Positions 1 through 11,000 of a stretch of DNA of 64,000 nucleotides are shown in pieces. The notes under the pieces were generated by a model. That model ran no database searches. It was not told where the DNA came from and was given only the letters and a program-made list of their open reading frames with translations. Position 1 is the stretch's first letter, and the number at the start of each line of letters is the position of its first letter. The stretch is from assembly GCA_004764695.1 (NCBI GenBank), contig SMSO01000033.1:930001-994000 (forward strand), read 5' to 3'. The position numbers were made by a program, and so were the translations under genes. This stretch comes from Schizochytrium sp. TIO01 (Eukaryota > Protista > Bigyra: Labyrinthulomycetes).

Positions 1-3000
1 ACACAATCACGTGCTGCACCTCGGAAACAACACCAGCGATACCGTTTACAAGGGCTGATCCAGTTGCTGTTGTCATCACTGGGCTAGCACCTGCCCGAGC
101 AACAACGGTCGGGCTTGCAAGAGACAGTAAGCCTTGTCCTGCAGCACTCAACGTGGCAACTTTAAAAGCGTACGTGTTCTCTACTTGAAGATTTTCAGAG
201 GTAAAAGTCTTCAAAGAAGGGTCAACAAATCCATCATAGACCAACAGCGCAGGTGTACCTGCCTGTACCTCAGAGCAAACTACGGAAGCCGCGTTATTAT
301 CATTAGCTCCAGGTACAAAATCATAGCGTACACCAAATAGCCGACCAGATGTCCCTTGGAGGAGTGGAAGATCACCAGCCTCGGTTAAGAAGGTGACATC
401 CCATTGATATCCGGGGCGTGGCGATGATACAACTGAGCGCAAAATCTCAACCTGGCCAATTGTAGAGAGACGCTCAAGGGCACGGCGCATTGTTGCAGCA
501 GACGCATCATGTGGTAGTTCGCCGGTAGTTGCTCCGCGGAAACTTAGAGTAAAGGTACCAGCTAACGGCGCCACACCGTGTTGGAAAACACCAACACTAG
601 CACCCAAATTGCTTCCACCCTGAAGAAGTTGGGAATCTACGTGGAGCAACTCTACGTCACCGTGAAGAGCATCGAACGTGATACTATAAGTATACACAGA
701 GCTACTGACTGTGCGCTCGACAGACACGCCCTTGGCAGCATCGGCAGCATCAGAGACAGCTGCAAGATCATTCAAGGCACCCTCGACGACGCTTGCCTCT
801 GCATTGTAAGTGATAGACTCAGTGGTTTCTCCAGCAATACTGAGACGGAATGTCCCCCCAGTCGCGTCAGTAATTTGAACAGTTTGAATCTCGGGTAAAG
901 ATAGATCAGCAGAGACCACAATCCGTTGCACTTCGACCTTGACAGGCTCAGGATCTGCAACAGTGTTTTCTGCAACAGAGTCAAATCTGTACACCTGGAA
1001 ACCAGTGGCGGGTGATCCATGCATATCAGAGGAACGTGTCCAACCGATCGAGATTGAGGTGGCCTCAACATCAGTAATTGTAGGTGCACTGGGTACACCT
1101 GGCAATCCAGCTGTCAGAACGGCATACATAGGAGAGCGTTGTGATTTACCAATTTCATTGATTGCGCGAACGTAAAAACGATAGGGCCTACCTTCAGTAA
1201 GGCTTCCTGCGACATGAGAGAGAGATCCAGGCGTAAGCGCTGAAACTTCAACTCTTGGTGAAGCACTATTTGTACAGCTCAACCCGCTAGCAATAGGCTT
1301 AAACAGAGGAATTGTTTCGTAGTCCCCAGCAGCACCTGGTACCAAACCAGATGTAAACGCAACAGCATATTGGTATTGACCAGTGCTGGCGTCAACTGTA
1401 ATTCGGTGGACTTCAACAGTAATATTACCTCCGGTAGCTCCATTGAAAGCGGTTTCAATGGTGCTTTTCATAGTTGTAATATCAGCATTATAATCAATGG
1501 AAGCCGTAGAAATAACTTGAGGCACTACACCATCATCACTTGTGGACGAGGAAAGTTCGCCATGGATATACTCCAGCACGAAACTTCCAGAAATCACCTC
1601 CCCATCACAGGAGGGTTGGATCAATTGAACAGATGGATCACCACCGCCAGATTGAGTAATTGATATAGATGTCAGTCCAGCCCCAGCACTGATGCCACCA
1701 GTATTAGGAGTAAGCTTTTCAATCTCACCATGAAGTTCGAAAAATGTGATTGCCCACTCAAAAGCGTTAACAGACGGGTTTGTCTGAGTGACTTTGACCA
1801 CTCCAACCGCAGATTCGAGTGCAGTTTGTACATCTTCCTCGGAAGGCGCACTAGATCCATCGAAAGTAATCGCACCGGTTTCCAAACCTTGGTAAATGAA
1901 AGAAAGGTTGCCTTGAATAGCAGTAATATCACTAACAGAAAATGTTTGTACTGGAAGCTGTCCAAAGCTGATGGAGGAACCAAACGTTCCACTACCATCG
2001 TCACGGAAGATGTCGTATCCAGTGATTCGACTGCCGCCATTATCTGTTGGAGATTTCCAAAAGATACCAGCCATAGCGTCACCTGATCCGCTGGTTCCAT
2101 CGTGGGTCATAAAAGGGTCACGGCGAGGCTGTGTGGGGGCCGCTGGTGCTTTAGGAGCATCCTTTGCGATGAATATGGATTCAGCAGAGAAGGCACCAAT
2201 GCCAATTGCATTTAATGCGCGGACCTTTGCACGGTAGCGACGGCCAGGTATCAAAACAAACTTCGAGGAAGTATCAAAGGCCGTCACGTGGTCGAGACCA
2301 GTTCCGTCAAAAACCATCGCGAAATCGCCACCGGCCCACTCGTCCATCCATAGTTCGTAACCTGTGATTGGAGAGCCTCCTGTATTTGGTGGATGAGACC
2401 AAGCAATTACAAGAGATGTGGATGTAGCAGACCGCAAAACAGGTGCAGAAGGTTGGCCCGGAGTGGCGTGCTGAGGAGCTGCAACGGCAGGTGAAGTATC
2501 AGTAGGACTTCCGTAGGAGCAGCATTCTGGGCAGGTTTCCAAGCACGTTGTTCTTGCCGAGACGCGAACATAGTAACGCTGTCCGAGCGTGAGACCTGTA
2601 ATATCATAAACGTAAGGTTCCCCAGTGCTCAAGTCAGTAATCTCGCCGGTTTGATAGTCAGCAGACTGTGTACCTGGAGTTGTTTCAGAGATAGTGATAG
2701 TTGGAAGGTTGCTTGAGTAGCCTCCAACTAGACTAGAGTCTGTAGCCGTGAGGGGTCGAACATTTCCAATGTTGCAAACCGGAGAGGACTCTCCCCTACA
2801 CGAGGCAAATGTTACATCCCAGCGAATAAAAGCGCCATCAACAGCATCTACAATCTTTTCGACGTTCACTGTGCCAACCAAACTCAGAGATTCAAGAGCT
2901 TCCTTAACTATAGCTGCTGAGGCTGTGGCAGGAATTTCTGTAGTCGTTTCGGTTGCGCCAAGATCATCCTCGAATGTGAGCTGGAAAGTACCTCCAAGGG

Positions 3001-6000
3001 AGTCGGATCCTTCCTGCAGCGTTGCAACAGATACAACTGCAGTCTCGCCTGCATTCGTGGTGATGAGCTCATCATACGATGGCTCAAGCTCGGCGATGTT
3101 ATAGCTTGCGAAAGGGAATGCTCCCGGGTTAGAAGAAAACGTAATCGTCCAGACGTATGCACCTCCTGGAACTTCAGGACCAGAACGAAGAACATCCACA
3201 GTACCTACATTAGGGAGCTCTTCAAGACGACTCTTCATGACGGACTCTTCAGCGTTGTAGTCGATACCCCGCGTTGTATGCCCCCGCAACGTCAACGTGA
3301 ATTCTCCCTGAATTGAGTTACCTCGCACACTTGTGATAGAACTGCATTCACTGGAGCTATCATCGTCAGCACAAATGACAATTGCTGCATTGTTGCCACG
3401 GAGACTTTCGGTACTAGCAACGCGAATGGCAGGTTGGTCTCCATCAAGAGATGATGCAGTAAACGTGACGGAAAAATCATCATTGGCCTTAGATACCTGG
3501 ATGTTGGATGATCCAATCGAAGGTAAGTTCTCAAGAGCCTCAAGCATTGCAGTAGCATCTGCACTCACGTCGATACTTGATGTGGTAAACCCCCCAAAGC
3601 TGAGCTTGAAAGAACCAGAAACATCGGCTTTACCTTGAGTTTCCTCCTCAATATCAATAATGCGGTTTCCTTCGAGAGATTCCACATCAGTAGAAAGGAG
3701 AGGAACGTCCCCAGAGTACGCTTCTACATCAGTAAAGGTAATGTGAATGTATGAAGGGTACACGGGAGTGCCAGCGTTATCGTACAAAGCGCGACAGGCT
3801 TGAGACTGGCCAGCATCAATTGACACTGTTACTGTGTTGATGGAGGGCAACTCTTCAAGAGCTGACTCGATTTCGGTACTAGTTGCATTCCACTGGATTG
3901 GGTCTGTCCAAGCACTATCAAGAGCAAGCCTGAAACTACCGCCCTCAGCATCGCAGCGGAACTTTTGCACCTCTACCACAGTAGTTCCAGCGTTATCACC
4001 CATGATGCGAATGACCTGAATCTCATCTACGTCTGAGGTACTGGTAGAAACTTCTTGAATTTCAGGTTGGAACGGAATATCAAGTTCAACACTTTGGACT
4101 TCAGGGACAAGCTCTACAGTGTCCCATTCGATACGGAAGGCCTCTAAGATCCCGCCGCCTGGAAGAGTTGGAGCACTCATTGTGACGCGAAGCGTTGAGC
4201 CATCCACAACAGAGAGATTTGCGTTCTGTGGTGGCCCAGGTGGAATATCAATAGGTGTTATTTGCGGAGGTGAAGACATTGTGTAACGTCCCCGACCTTG
4301 ATTATTAGCAGCTGCAATGCGCACCCAATAAGTAACGCCCTGCTCTAGATCTGACAGTTCATACTCAAGCGAGGACATGTCAGTAATAGTATGGCTTCCC
4401 AGGGGAAGATCTGAACCAGCGCTGTCAAATGGAGGCGTAACACCCTTTGTCAGCTCCATGACTGAGCTTGCAACACTTGCAAATGTCCCCGTCAGGGCGG
4501 CGGCGTCTAAGACCAGACTTTCAAGATCACCATCTTCTGCGGGGCCAAGAAGCTCGGTCAGGAAGGTGACACTCCATTCGTAGCCACCGTTTTCATCTGC
4601 ATCACTTCGGGTCACTTCAACTTCGCCAATTGTGGTGAGGCGTTCGAGAGCTTCTTGAACAGCAACTGCACTTGCGTCATAAGGCAGGTATCCAGTTACC
4701 TGGCCTTCATAAGCAAGGGTGAAGTATCCCCCCAGCACAGTAGAAGTGCCTGTTTGAGAGTCAGTGACATCCACTGAGGTATCAGTAAGGTTTATATCAT
4801 TTACTGTGAGGGTGAGCCCTGAACCTGCCTTGGTATCAAATGTCACGTACCAAGTGCACTCATTGTAGGAATCAGGTGTTTGAGAATTGGATGCCACTGT
4901 GACGTTTCCGACAGTATTGAGCATCTCAAGCTCTGTAGCGATCAATTCAGCGATATTGTCACAATTACTATCAGATGGAGAGACATCAATAGGGTTGGTG
5001 CTTAAACCACCATGACTAAGACTAAAAAAACCACTAACATTTGCCGATGCTAGAGCAGTTACGGCGACTTCAAATTCTGTCTTGAACGTGCCATTATGCA
5101 CTTCAGAGACGGTCACAGAAGCGCCTGTGCCACCAAGTGAAGATGAATCTGCAATCATGTCAGCAAGATCACCCGCATCGCCAGTGAAGGAGACAAGCCA
5201 GGTGTAGCCTCCGTTGCGGTCAGGCGATGTACTATCCATTGTGACAGAAACTGCAGTGATGGTATTCAGTGCTTGGAGAGCATCCCGCACATCGTCTGCA
5301 GATGCATTAAATGCAATGGCACCGGTAGTCTCACCTTCGTAAGAGAGCGTGAACTCTCCGGAAATCTGGTTTCCAGCTATGCTAGTTCCCGTGCAGGGGG
5401 AAACTGCATCTGCATCTGCACAGACAACTACATTTGCATCCTCCCCACTGAGGCTTGACAGGGGGACCATGGTATTGAGTTTGCCAGCATTGAAGTCAGA
5501 CACAAAAGTCACGGACCAGGCGTAACCCTTTTGACCGTCGGGGCCAGCGCGGTTGACGTCAACAACATCGATTGTCGACAAAGCCTCCAAAGCTTCTTTG
5601 ACCTCATCTTCAGTGGCATCAAACGGCAAGTTGGTGGTCTGTGCGCCTTCGAAGGTAAGCGCAAAAGTTCCAGACAACTCATTGCCGTCTTGGGTGGTGT
5701 CGAACGACACCAGGGCATCGCTGTAGAGCTCGTTTGAGCCTAGCTCTAGCTGAGGGATGTTACCATCCATATCATTGAAGGTGATGGTCCAGGTGTACCC
5801 ACCGTTGCTGTCACTGCTCCGAAGCACAGTGACTGTACCATCAACATTGGGCATTGCCTCAATGATTTCTTGCATGCTAGTGCGTTCGAATGCACCACCA
5901 TCGCCGGCTTCGGCGACTGCGTCATACATGATGTAACCAGAGGTGTGAAAACCACCACCCTGAGCGGTATTGTCAAACACAACTGTGAACCAGCCACCTT

Positions 6001-6376
6001 CGATGGTGCCTGCGCTAGACGTGGTGATGGTTTGCACCTCCGGGACTGATGTTGCAGTTGTACGCACCACCTGGACCTCATCCACGTGGTCTGCAGTAAT
6101 CTTGACCTTTTGTACCTCGTTCGGTCCGAGGTCAACATTGGTCTTGACCACCTGCACTTCGCGTGTTCCGGGCTCCGTGTCCCATTCGATAGTGTAGGAT
6201 GTGACCTCTGAGCCACCATCGTCGAGCGGTGCTGCAAAGTCCACAAACAAGCTTGAGGCGGTGCGCAGGTAAAGTTGTACATCCGTCGGCGCGCCGGGTG
6301 CTTGAGCGCTCTGAGCCTTCACGCCCAGGTTCGCAAGCGAGAACGCTGCAAGAACTTTAAGGATGAACATGAGCAT
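1..6376 (-). CDS. Giant secreted 'titin-like' fibronectin type III / EVQ-repeat surface protein (5' part, >=2125 aa, continues beyond left edge)
   Basis: ATG at 6376. Manual translation gives signal-peptide-like MLMFILKVLAAFSLANLGVKAQ, then FN3 start PGAPTDVQLYLRTASSLFVDFAAPLDDGGSEVTSYTIEWD, repeated EVQ/EIQ strands and ~13 copies of a GxFxLxFxGxxTxxLxxDAxxxxVxxALExLxxIGxVxV...GYxWxVTF module. The same frame reads sensibly at every segment I translated, down to position 2 (...VNGIAGVVSEVQHVIV). Presumably missing from the ORF track because no stop lies in the window. Confidence 0.93.
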   Translation of the reverse strand, partial: MLMFILKVLAAFSLANLGVKAQSAQAPGAPTDVQLYLRTASSLFVDFAAPLDDGGSEVTSYTIEWDTEPGTREVQVVKTNVDLGPNEVQKVKITADHVDEVQVVRTTATSVPEVQTITTSSAGTIEGGWFTVVFDNTAQGGGFHTSGYIMYDAVAEAGDGGAFERTSMQEIIEAMPNVDGTVTVLRSSDSNGGYTWTITFNDMDGNIPQLELGSNELYSDALVSFDTTQDGNELSGTFALTFEGAQTTNLPFDATEDEVKEALEALSTIDVVDVNRAGPDGQKGYAWSVTFVSDFNAGKLNTMVPLSSLSGEDANVVVCADADAVSPCTGTSIAGNQISGEFTLSYEGETTGAIAFNASADDVRDALQALNTITAVSVTMDSTSPDRNGGYTWLVSFTGDAGDLADMIADSSSLGGTGASVTVSEVHNGTFKTEFEVAVTALASANVSGFFSLSHGGLSTNPIDVSPSDSNCDNIAELIATELEMLNTVGNVTVASNSQTPDSYNECTWYVTFDTKAGSGLTLTVNDINLTDTSVDVTDSQTGTSTVLGGYFTLAYEGQVTGYLPYDASAVAVQEALERLTTIGEVEVTRSDADENGGYEWSVTFLTELLGPAEDGDLESLVLDAAALTGTFASVASSVMELTKGVTPPFDSAGSDLPLGSHTITDMSSLEYELSDLEQGVTYWVRIAAANNQGRGRYTMSSPPQITPIDIPPGPPQNANLSVVDGSTLRVTMSAPTLPGGGILEAFRIEWDTVELVPEVQSVELDIPFQPEIQEVSTSTSDVDEIQVIRIMGDNAGTTVVEVQKFRCDAEGGSFRLALDSAWTDPIQWNATSTEIESALEELPSINTVTVSIDAGQSQACRALYDNAGTPVYPSYIHITFTDVEAYSGDVPLLSTDVESLEGNRIIDIEEETQGKADVSGSFKLSFGGFTTSSIDVSADATAMLEALENLPSIGSSNIQVSKANDDFSVTFTASSLDGDQPAIRVASTESLRGNNAAIVICADDDSSSECSSITSVRGNSIQGEFTLTLRGHTTRGIDYNAEESVMKSRLEELPNVGTVDVLRSGPEVPGGAYVWTITFSSNPGAFPFASYNIAELEPSYDELITTNAGETAVVSVATLQEGSDSLGGTFQLTFEDDLGATETTTEIPATASAAIVKEALESLSLVGTVNVEKIVDAVDGAFIRWDVTFASCRGESSPVCNIGNVRPLTATDSSLVGGYSSNLPTITISETTPGTQSADYQTGEITDLSTGEPYVYDITGLTLGQRYYVRVSARTTCLETCPECCSYGSPTDTSPAVAAPQHATPGQPSAPVLRSATSTSLVIAWSHPPNTGGSPITGYELWMDEWAGGDFAMVFDGTGLDHVTAFDTSSKFVLIPGRRYRAKVRALNAIGIGAFSAESIFIAKDAPKAPAAPTQPRRDPFMTHDGTSGSGDAMAGIFWKSPTDNGGSRITGYDIFRDDGSGTFGSSISFGQLPVQTFSVSDITAIQGNLSFIYQGLETGAITFDGSSAPSEEDVQTALESAVGVVKVTQTNPSVNAFEWAITFFELHGEIEKLTPNTGGISAGAGLTSISITQSGGGDPSVQLIQPSCDGEVISGSFVLEYIHGELSSSTSDDGVVPQVISTASIDYNADITTMKSTIETAFNGATGGNITVEVHRITVDASTGQYQYAVAFTSGLVPGAAGDYETIPLFKPIASGLSCTNSASPRVEVSALTPGSLSHVAGSLTEGRPYRFYVRAINEIGKSQRSPMYAVLTAGLPGVPSAPTITDVEATSISIGWTRSSDMHGSPATGFQVYRFDSVAENTVADPEPVKVEVQRIVVSADLSLPEIQTVQITDATGGTFRLSIAGETTESITYNAEASVVEGALNDLAAVSDAADAAKGVSVERTVSSSVYTYSITFDALHGDVELLHVDSQLLQGGSNLGASVGVFQHGVAPLAGTFTLSFRGATTGELPHDASAATMRRALERLSTIGQVEILRSVVSSPRPGYQWDVTFLTEAGDLPLLQGTSGRLFGVRYDFVPGANDNNAASVVCSEVQAGTPALLVYDGFVDPSLKTFTSENLQVENTYAFKVATLSAAGQGLLSLASPTVVARAGASPVMTTATGSALVNGIAGVVSEVQHVIV

Positions 6377-7646
6377 CGTGGTGCCCACGGCTGAGGTTCC
6401 AGAGCTCGCTTGTCCTTGCTCACCCAAGCAGGTTCTTTCCAAGGCCCGCCTTCACCGACGAAGCCAACCAGCAAGCTGCCTGAGCTTGCTCTGCTCGCGC
6501 CCTTGCCTCCGCAAAGACGCCTTTCGCGACACCCAGGTCTCGGGCTTCGCTCCCGCGATGCCCCGCCAAGGTCGCCGCGAGCGACCGTTGATTAGGATTC
6601 TGCGAAAGCTCCACCAGAGCCAATTCTCTCAAGATAGCCCTATCCGACCCCTACCTTTTCCGCTAGCACCCTCCTGTGCTTTGGGACCTCCAAGGCGAGT
6701 GTGAAATCTTGATCAATGAAAGACAGGGCCACTTCACTTTTGAATTCAAAAGATGGTTACTTAGCTACGGTAGTAGTGGTACTAGTATCTAGTGCTCGCC
6801 TAGTAGGATGGATAGCGCCGTTCATTCTTCTGCGAACTGCGTTGGTTTCAAAGAGAATAAGTATTTTTCATTTCACTCGGGAAAAGCAGGCAGGTGGTTA
6901 GGTTAGTCCCTGCCTAAGCGAGGGTAGGCAGGCACAGACTTGAGAAACGGGGCCTCGGCAGGCGAAGGACCTGATCTGGAGCAGGCAGGGGCACGGCCAG
7001 CAGTGCCAAGTGGAGGCGAGAGGGTCGGGAAAGGCGAGAGGCCCGAAGGAAACCAGCCCATGCTGCAGCTCAAGCACGGAATCCTTCGACGCATCTGCTT
7101 TCCAGCCGAGTCTTTTGCTCTGTGTTCGTGTTCGTGTGTGAATGTGAATGTGTTTCCCCTCTTTTGGTTCATAGCGCACTAGCAGAACAAAAAGATTGAA
7201 AGACTCTCTCTCATTGGAAAGAAGCAACGAAAGAGAGAAAGAAAGAGAGAAAGAAAGAGAGAAAGAAAGAGGAAGAAGGGTTAAAAAAACACGAGAAAGC
7301 CATCGCAATCGCGTCTTTCATGCGAGGGTCCTACCAGATGGTTACGATAAACCATAGCACTCGCACGAGTCCTCCCGTAGGCTGGCGGCGGCTGTTGAAA
7401 AGTGAGACCAACAAAGGCGCGCAAGCAGGAGAGGGAAATAATTAACCCGAGCAAGCATGGGCATCCATCCATCCATCCAACCACCCGACCCATGCCTCCA
7501 TCTATCCATCTATCTATCCATCCATCTATCCATCCATCCTCTAATCCGCCCTCCCGCCCGCTGCTCGCGGCCATCACTGCCATCCGCTGCGTCTTCTTCG
7601 CTGCGAATGCAAGAATTACTTCTCCTTCTTAGTCGGTCTTTCTTCG

Positions 7647-7845
7647 TTTATTTGTTTATTTATTTGTTTGTTTATTTGTTTGTTTATTTGTTTCTTTGTT
7701 TGTTTCTTTGTTTATTTGTTTGTTTATTTGTTTGTTTATTTGTTTGTTTATTTGTTTGTTTATTTGTTTCTTTGTTTGTTTCTTTGTTTATTTGTTTGTT
7801 TATTTGTTTGTTTATTTGTTTGTTTATTTGTTTGTATATTTGTTT
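7647..7845. repeat. Compound TTTG/TTTA microsatellite with 12-bp higher-order unit (ttatttgtttgt)
   Basis: Directly visible tandem array. Flanked by (CCAT)n at ~7465-7540, (TTGGC)n at ~7908-7945 and CCAAA-type repeats at ~8075-8185. Confidence 0.9.
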
Positions 7846-7976
7846 TTGGCATTTGGAGATGGTTTGAGGAGAGCCTGCCTCCGAGACACCTCCGAGGTTC
7901 ACAATTGGGCTTGGATTGGCTTGGCTTGGCTTGGCTTGGCTTGGCTTTCTTTCAACGCTGTCGGAGACGGCGGCGT

Positions 7977-8007
<31 letters not shown>

Positions 8008-11000
8008 GCCGAGCATGCTCCAAGCAGACAGAATGTTGTTCGCTCATGCTGCGAATTGCCGGCACGTAAATGAGGCCAAACTAAAGCAAACTAAAACAAA
8101 CCAAAGCAAACTAAAGCAACCCAAAGCAACCCAAAGCAACCCAAACTAACCCAAACTAAACTAAACCAAACTAAACCAAACCAAAGACAAGACAAGACTT
8201 GGCCACCTTTAATGTGTTTTCGATGGCGAGAACCTCAGGACCCAAGGAGCTTGGTTCTATCAAAGGCAGCAAATACGAATCATTGTAAAAACAAGCGAAA
8301 GAGAGTCAGAGAGAAAGAAGAACTCGGACGGTGGATATCGAAAGCCTTCCGTAGGCAGGATGCAATTTGTAGTACTCTCAGCAGGTGACGAGATACCGAA
8401 GGAGATGCATTCTGATCCCATAGGGTATGCATGCACCTAGCCAGCTGGCTAGGCACTCAGCTGGAAGGCACCTGGGGAAAACCAGCGACAGCTTCGCCAT
8501 GGAAATCGTCGCGTGATGGAGGCTCTTCCAGCCCCCATTGGATTTTTCCCTCGTTGACCAGCGGCATCTTCAGGAGGCGGGCGTCCTCTTCGCAGCTAGC
8601 GAGCTAGCCACAGACTCGCAGCCCACGGAGAAGCAGGCGCTTAAATGTCACCGCAGGCACGGGCGCTGATTTCTCTGTATCTTCTTCAAGCTGCTCTTGC
8701 AGGTGTGAGGCAGAAAGCAATGCCACGAGCGGATTCAATCGTGGCGAAAGAAAGACACGGCGGTCTTTCATTCACACTCAAACGTGGTGGGTACCTACTC
8801 GAATGCCAGCCTGGGCTCCAACGTTTGAAGCGCGTCCTTTCAGACCGGATCTGTGAACGTTCGCACCACCTATGTACTTTGTTTTCTAGTGTATAGTACT
8901 GTCTGTTCACTGTTAAGAGAACTCAAAGTTGCGTGCTGGGGTAGGCTTCGCCTGCGTCGGTTGAGTAAGGGCTGCATAGACTAAACGATAGTCCTCCTCA
9001 AACTGCCGTTAGTTCCTAGCGTTCCGGAAGCGTTCTAGCTTTTGTTTTTTTCCCCCTCAGAAGGAGCTCGTGGACGACAGTTGGACCGAACTAAGTGGCA
9101 AAAAGTCCGAAAGGGAGAAGCAACAAAGTCATCGGAGACCTTGAGGTGTGGGCCGTGCTAACGGACGAAAGACCAGCGAAAGACCCGCGAAAGACCAGTG
9201 GTGGCGTTTGTGTCGTTTCGATGCGCTGGATTAAAGAGCTCTGCAGGCACGCACGCACCTCTTGCAGGTTTATCTTGCGATTGCATGAAGTAATAGTTTC
9301 TGGGAAGAGAAAGGCACATGAAGTGAAAGATTGTGGTCAATCTAAGAAAGCCTAGCCGAGTCTTTCATTATGGCGGCTCAATATATCATGGCGCGCGTTT
9401 ATGTGCTGCTGTTGGGTAGAATTCGCTACTGGCATGCTTGCAGCGATCAATTACTATACGATGTGGGAGATGAGGATCCCATTTTGTACGCGTGAAGATG
9501 CCTAAAGTTGAGCAGTTCTGGTAATCATGTGATCCTCTATCTAGATAATATCATTCTGGATGATCACCCAATCAAGTGGACAGCAAAATACGCTTTCCGA
9601 TTCACATGCGAATGTCGTTCATTGCATCGATGGAGTGAGTTCTGCAACCTCCCGGGTACCCAGTACTCAATGTAAAGAACAATCATACAATAAATCGAAA
9701 TGAAATCGAACAGCAATAAATAAAGGTTGAGTATCTTGGGCATCGCATGGGACTTTTTCATCCGCCAGGCACCCCTCCTGTACAGGACCAGTTTGAGGGT
9801 GGCTCAATATGTCGTGTATACTAAAGGAACACTTAAAAGCATATGGCTGCAGTGGCACGGAGTATGTTACCTGTGATGTAACCTGTAACGGATTCTATAT
9901 TTCTTCCTTTCACCTATCTCTCTCAGTCTCGTTACCTCAAAAGCGCGTCCGCATCTGTGAGCTGTGAGTCATCTCTCTCTGGTGGTGTCATCAGTACATT
10001 GGTGTAAAGCGGCATCGAGCACAGCCTGCAATGTGTTAGCAAAGTTTGGTATATACCAAGTTTGTGTCCTCTTCGCTGTGATTAAGAAAATACTGGCGTA
10101 GATTCCAGTATTAAACTGGCTAGCTCGCATCATACTACTACATTGAAGGTAAGTATTTCCTTCGAGCCATCGACGGTGTAGCTGAATCTAAAGTTTGCCT
10201 CTGATCACAATAAATAAATCAACGTCAACCAGTGTGCGCTTTGTCTGGCCTATGCCACAAAGCCTGACAGAAACAGCTTCATGTGATTTTTTGTTTTGTT
10301 TATGTTTTGTTTTTTTCTTGAAGAGCACGGCGAATTTGAGAAGTTTGTAGTTACGTCTCTAAATCAGAGATCTCTTATGCAAATTGTTTCATCCTATTAC
10401 TGCGAATTGGGATATGAAAAAACTTCATGGTATTACCAGTGCCTGGTTCGACTACCGGAGAAGCCCCACTTCTCCTAGCGCCTCTGCAAGTCACAACAAG
10501 AATGTCAGATCCCATTCAATGAACAGAACGATCTTGAGGATAAAAGGCGCAAGTGTTGATTGATTTTCAATTTTGTTGATAAGAGTTCCTCCCTTGTCTT
10601 GGTGGCTCAATCACTTCGCTTTTGACTGGCCGTTGTAAGCACGGCAAGAATTCAAGTGACTATAGCAGGAGTCCAGTCGCAGGATCCAAGGAGGGAACAT
10701 CTCCCAAGAAGGCGCTTGTCCGTGTGGCCGTGAAAACTCATGCTCATAAGCTTTCTCAAAACCATTCTGTCGAACTAGCCACCCATCTTTAGGTTCCTGG
10801 CTTCCAGTCAACCGGTTCTAGCCACTGCATCTGGACGTAGAGCCAGTATTAATTATTTGTTTGTTTATCAAAGGACCCTTATGCATCTACTACAAGTACT
10901 CGAGCGCGCTTCACAAAAAGTGCAGTATGCTCCACGGCTTTTCCAGTTGGGAGAACGAAGTCAAGAAGGGTAGCTAGGGCCAGAGGCCAGGTTCGTGCGG

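Noticed and set aside
134-6282. Many short ORFs listed over 1-6.3 kb
   Set aside because: They are alternate-frame or antisense shadows of the giant minus-strand CDS.
7457-8073. Hydrophobic 'membrane protein' ORFs (FVYL/FICL repeats), and similar ones at 38.7, 45.8, 51.5, 52.5 and 53.7 kb
   Set aside because: They are translations of microsatellites with no coding complexity.
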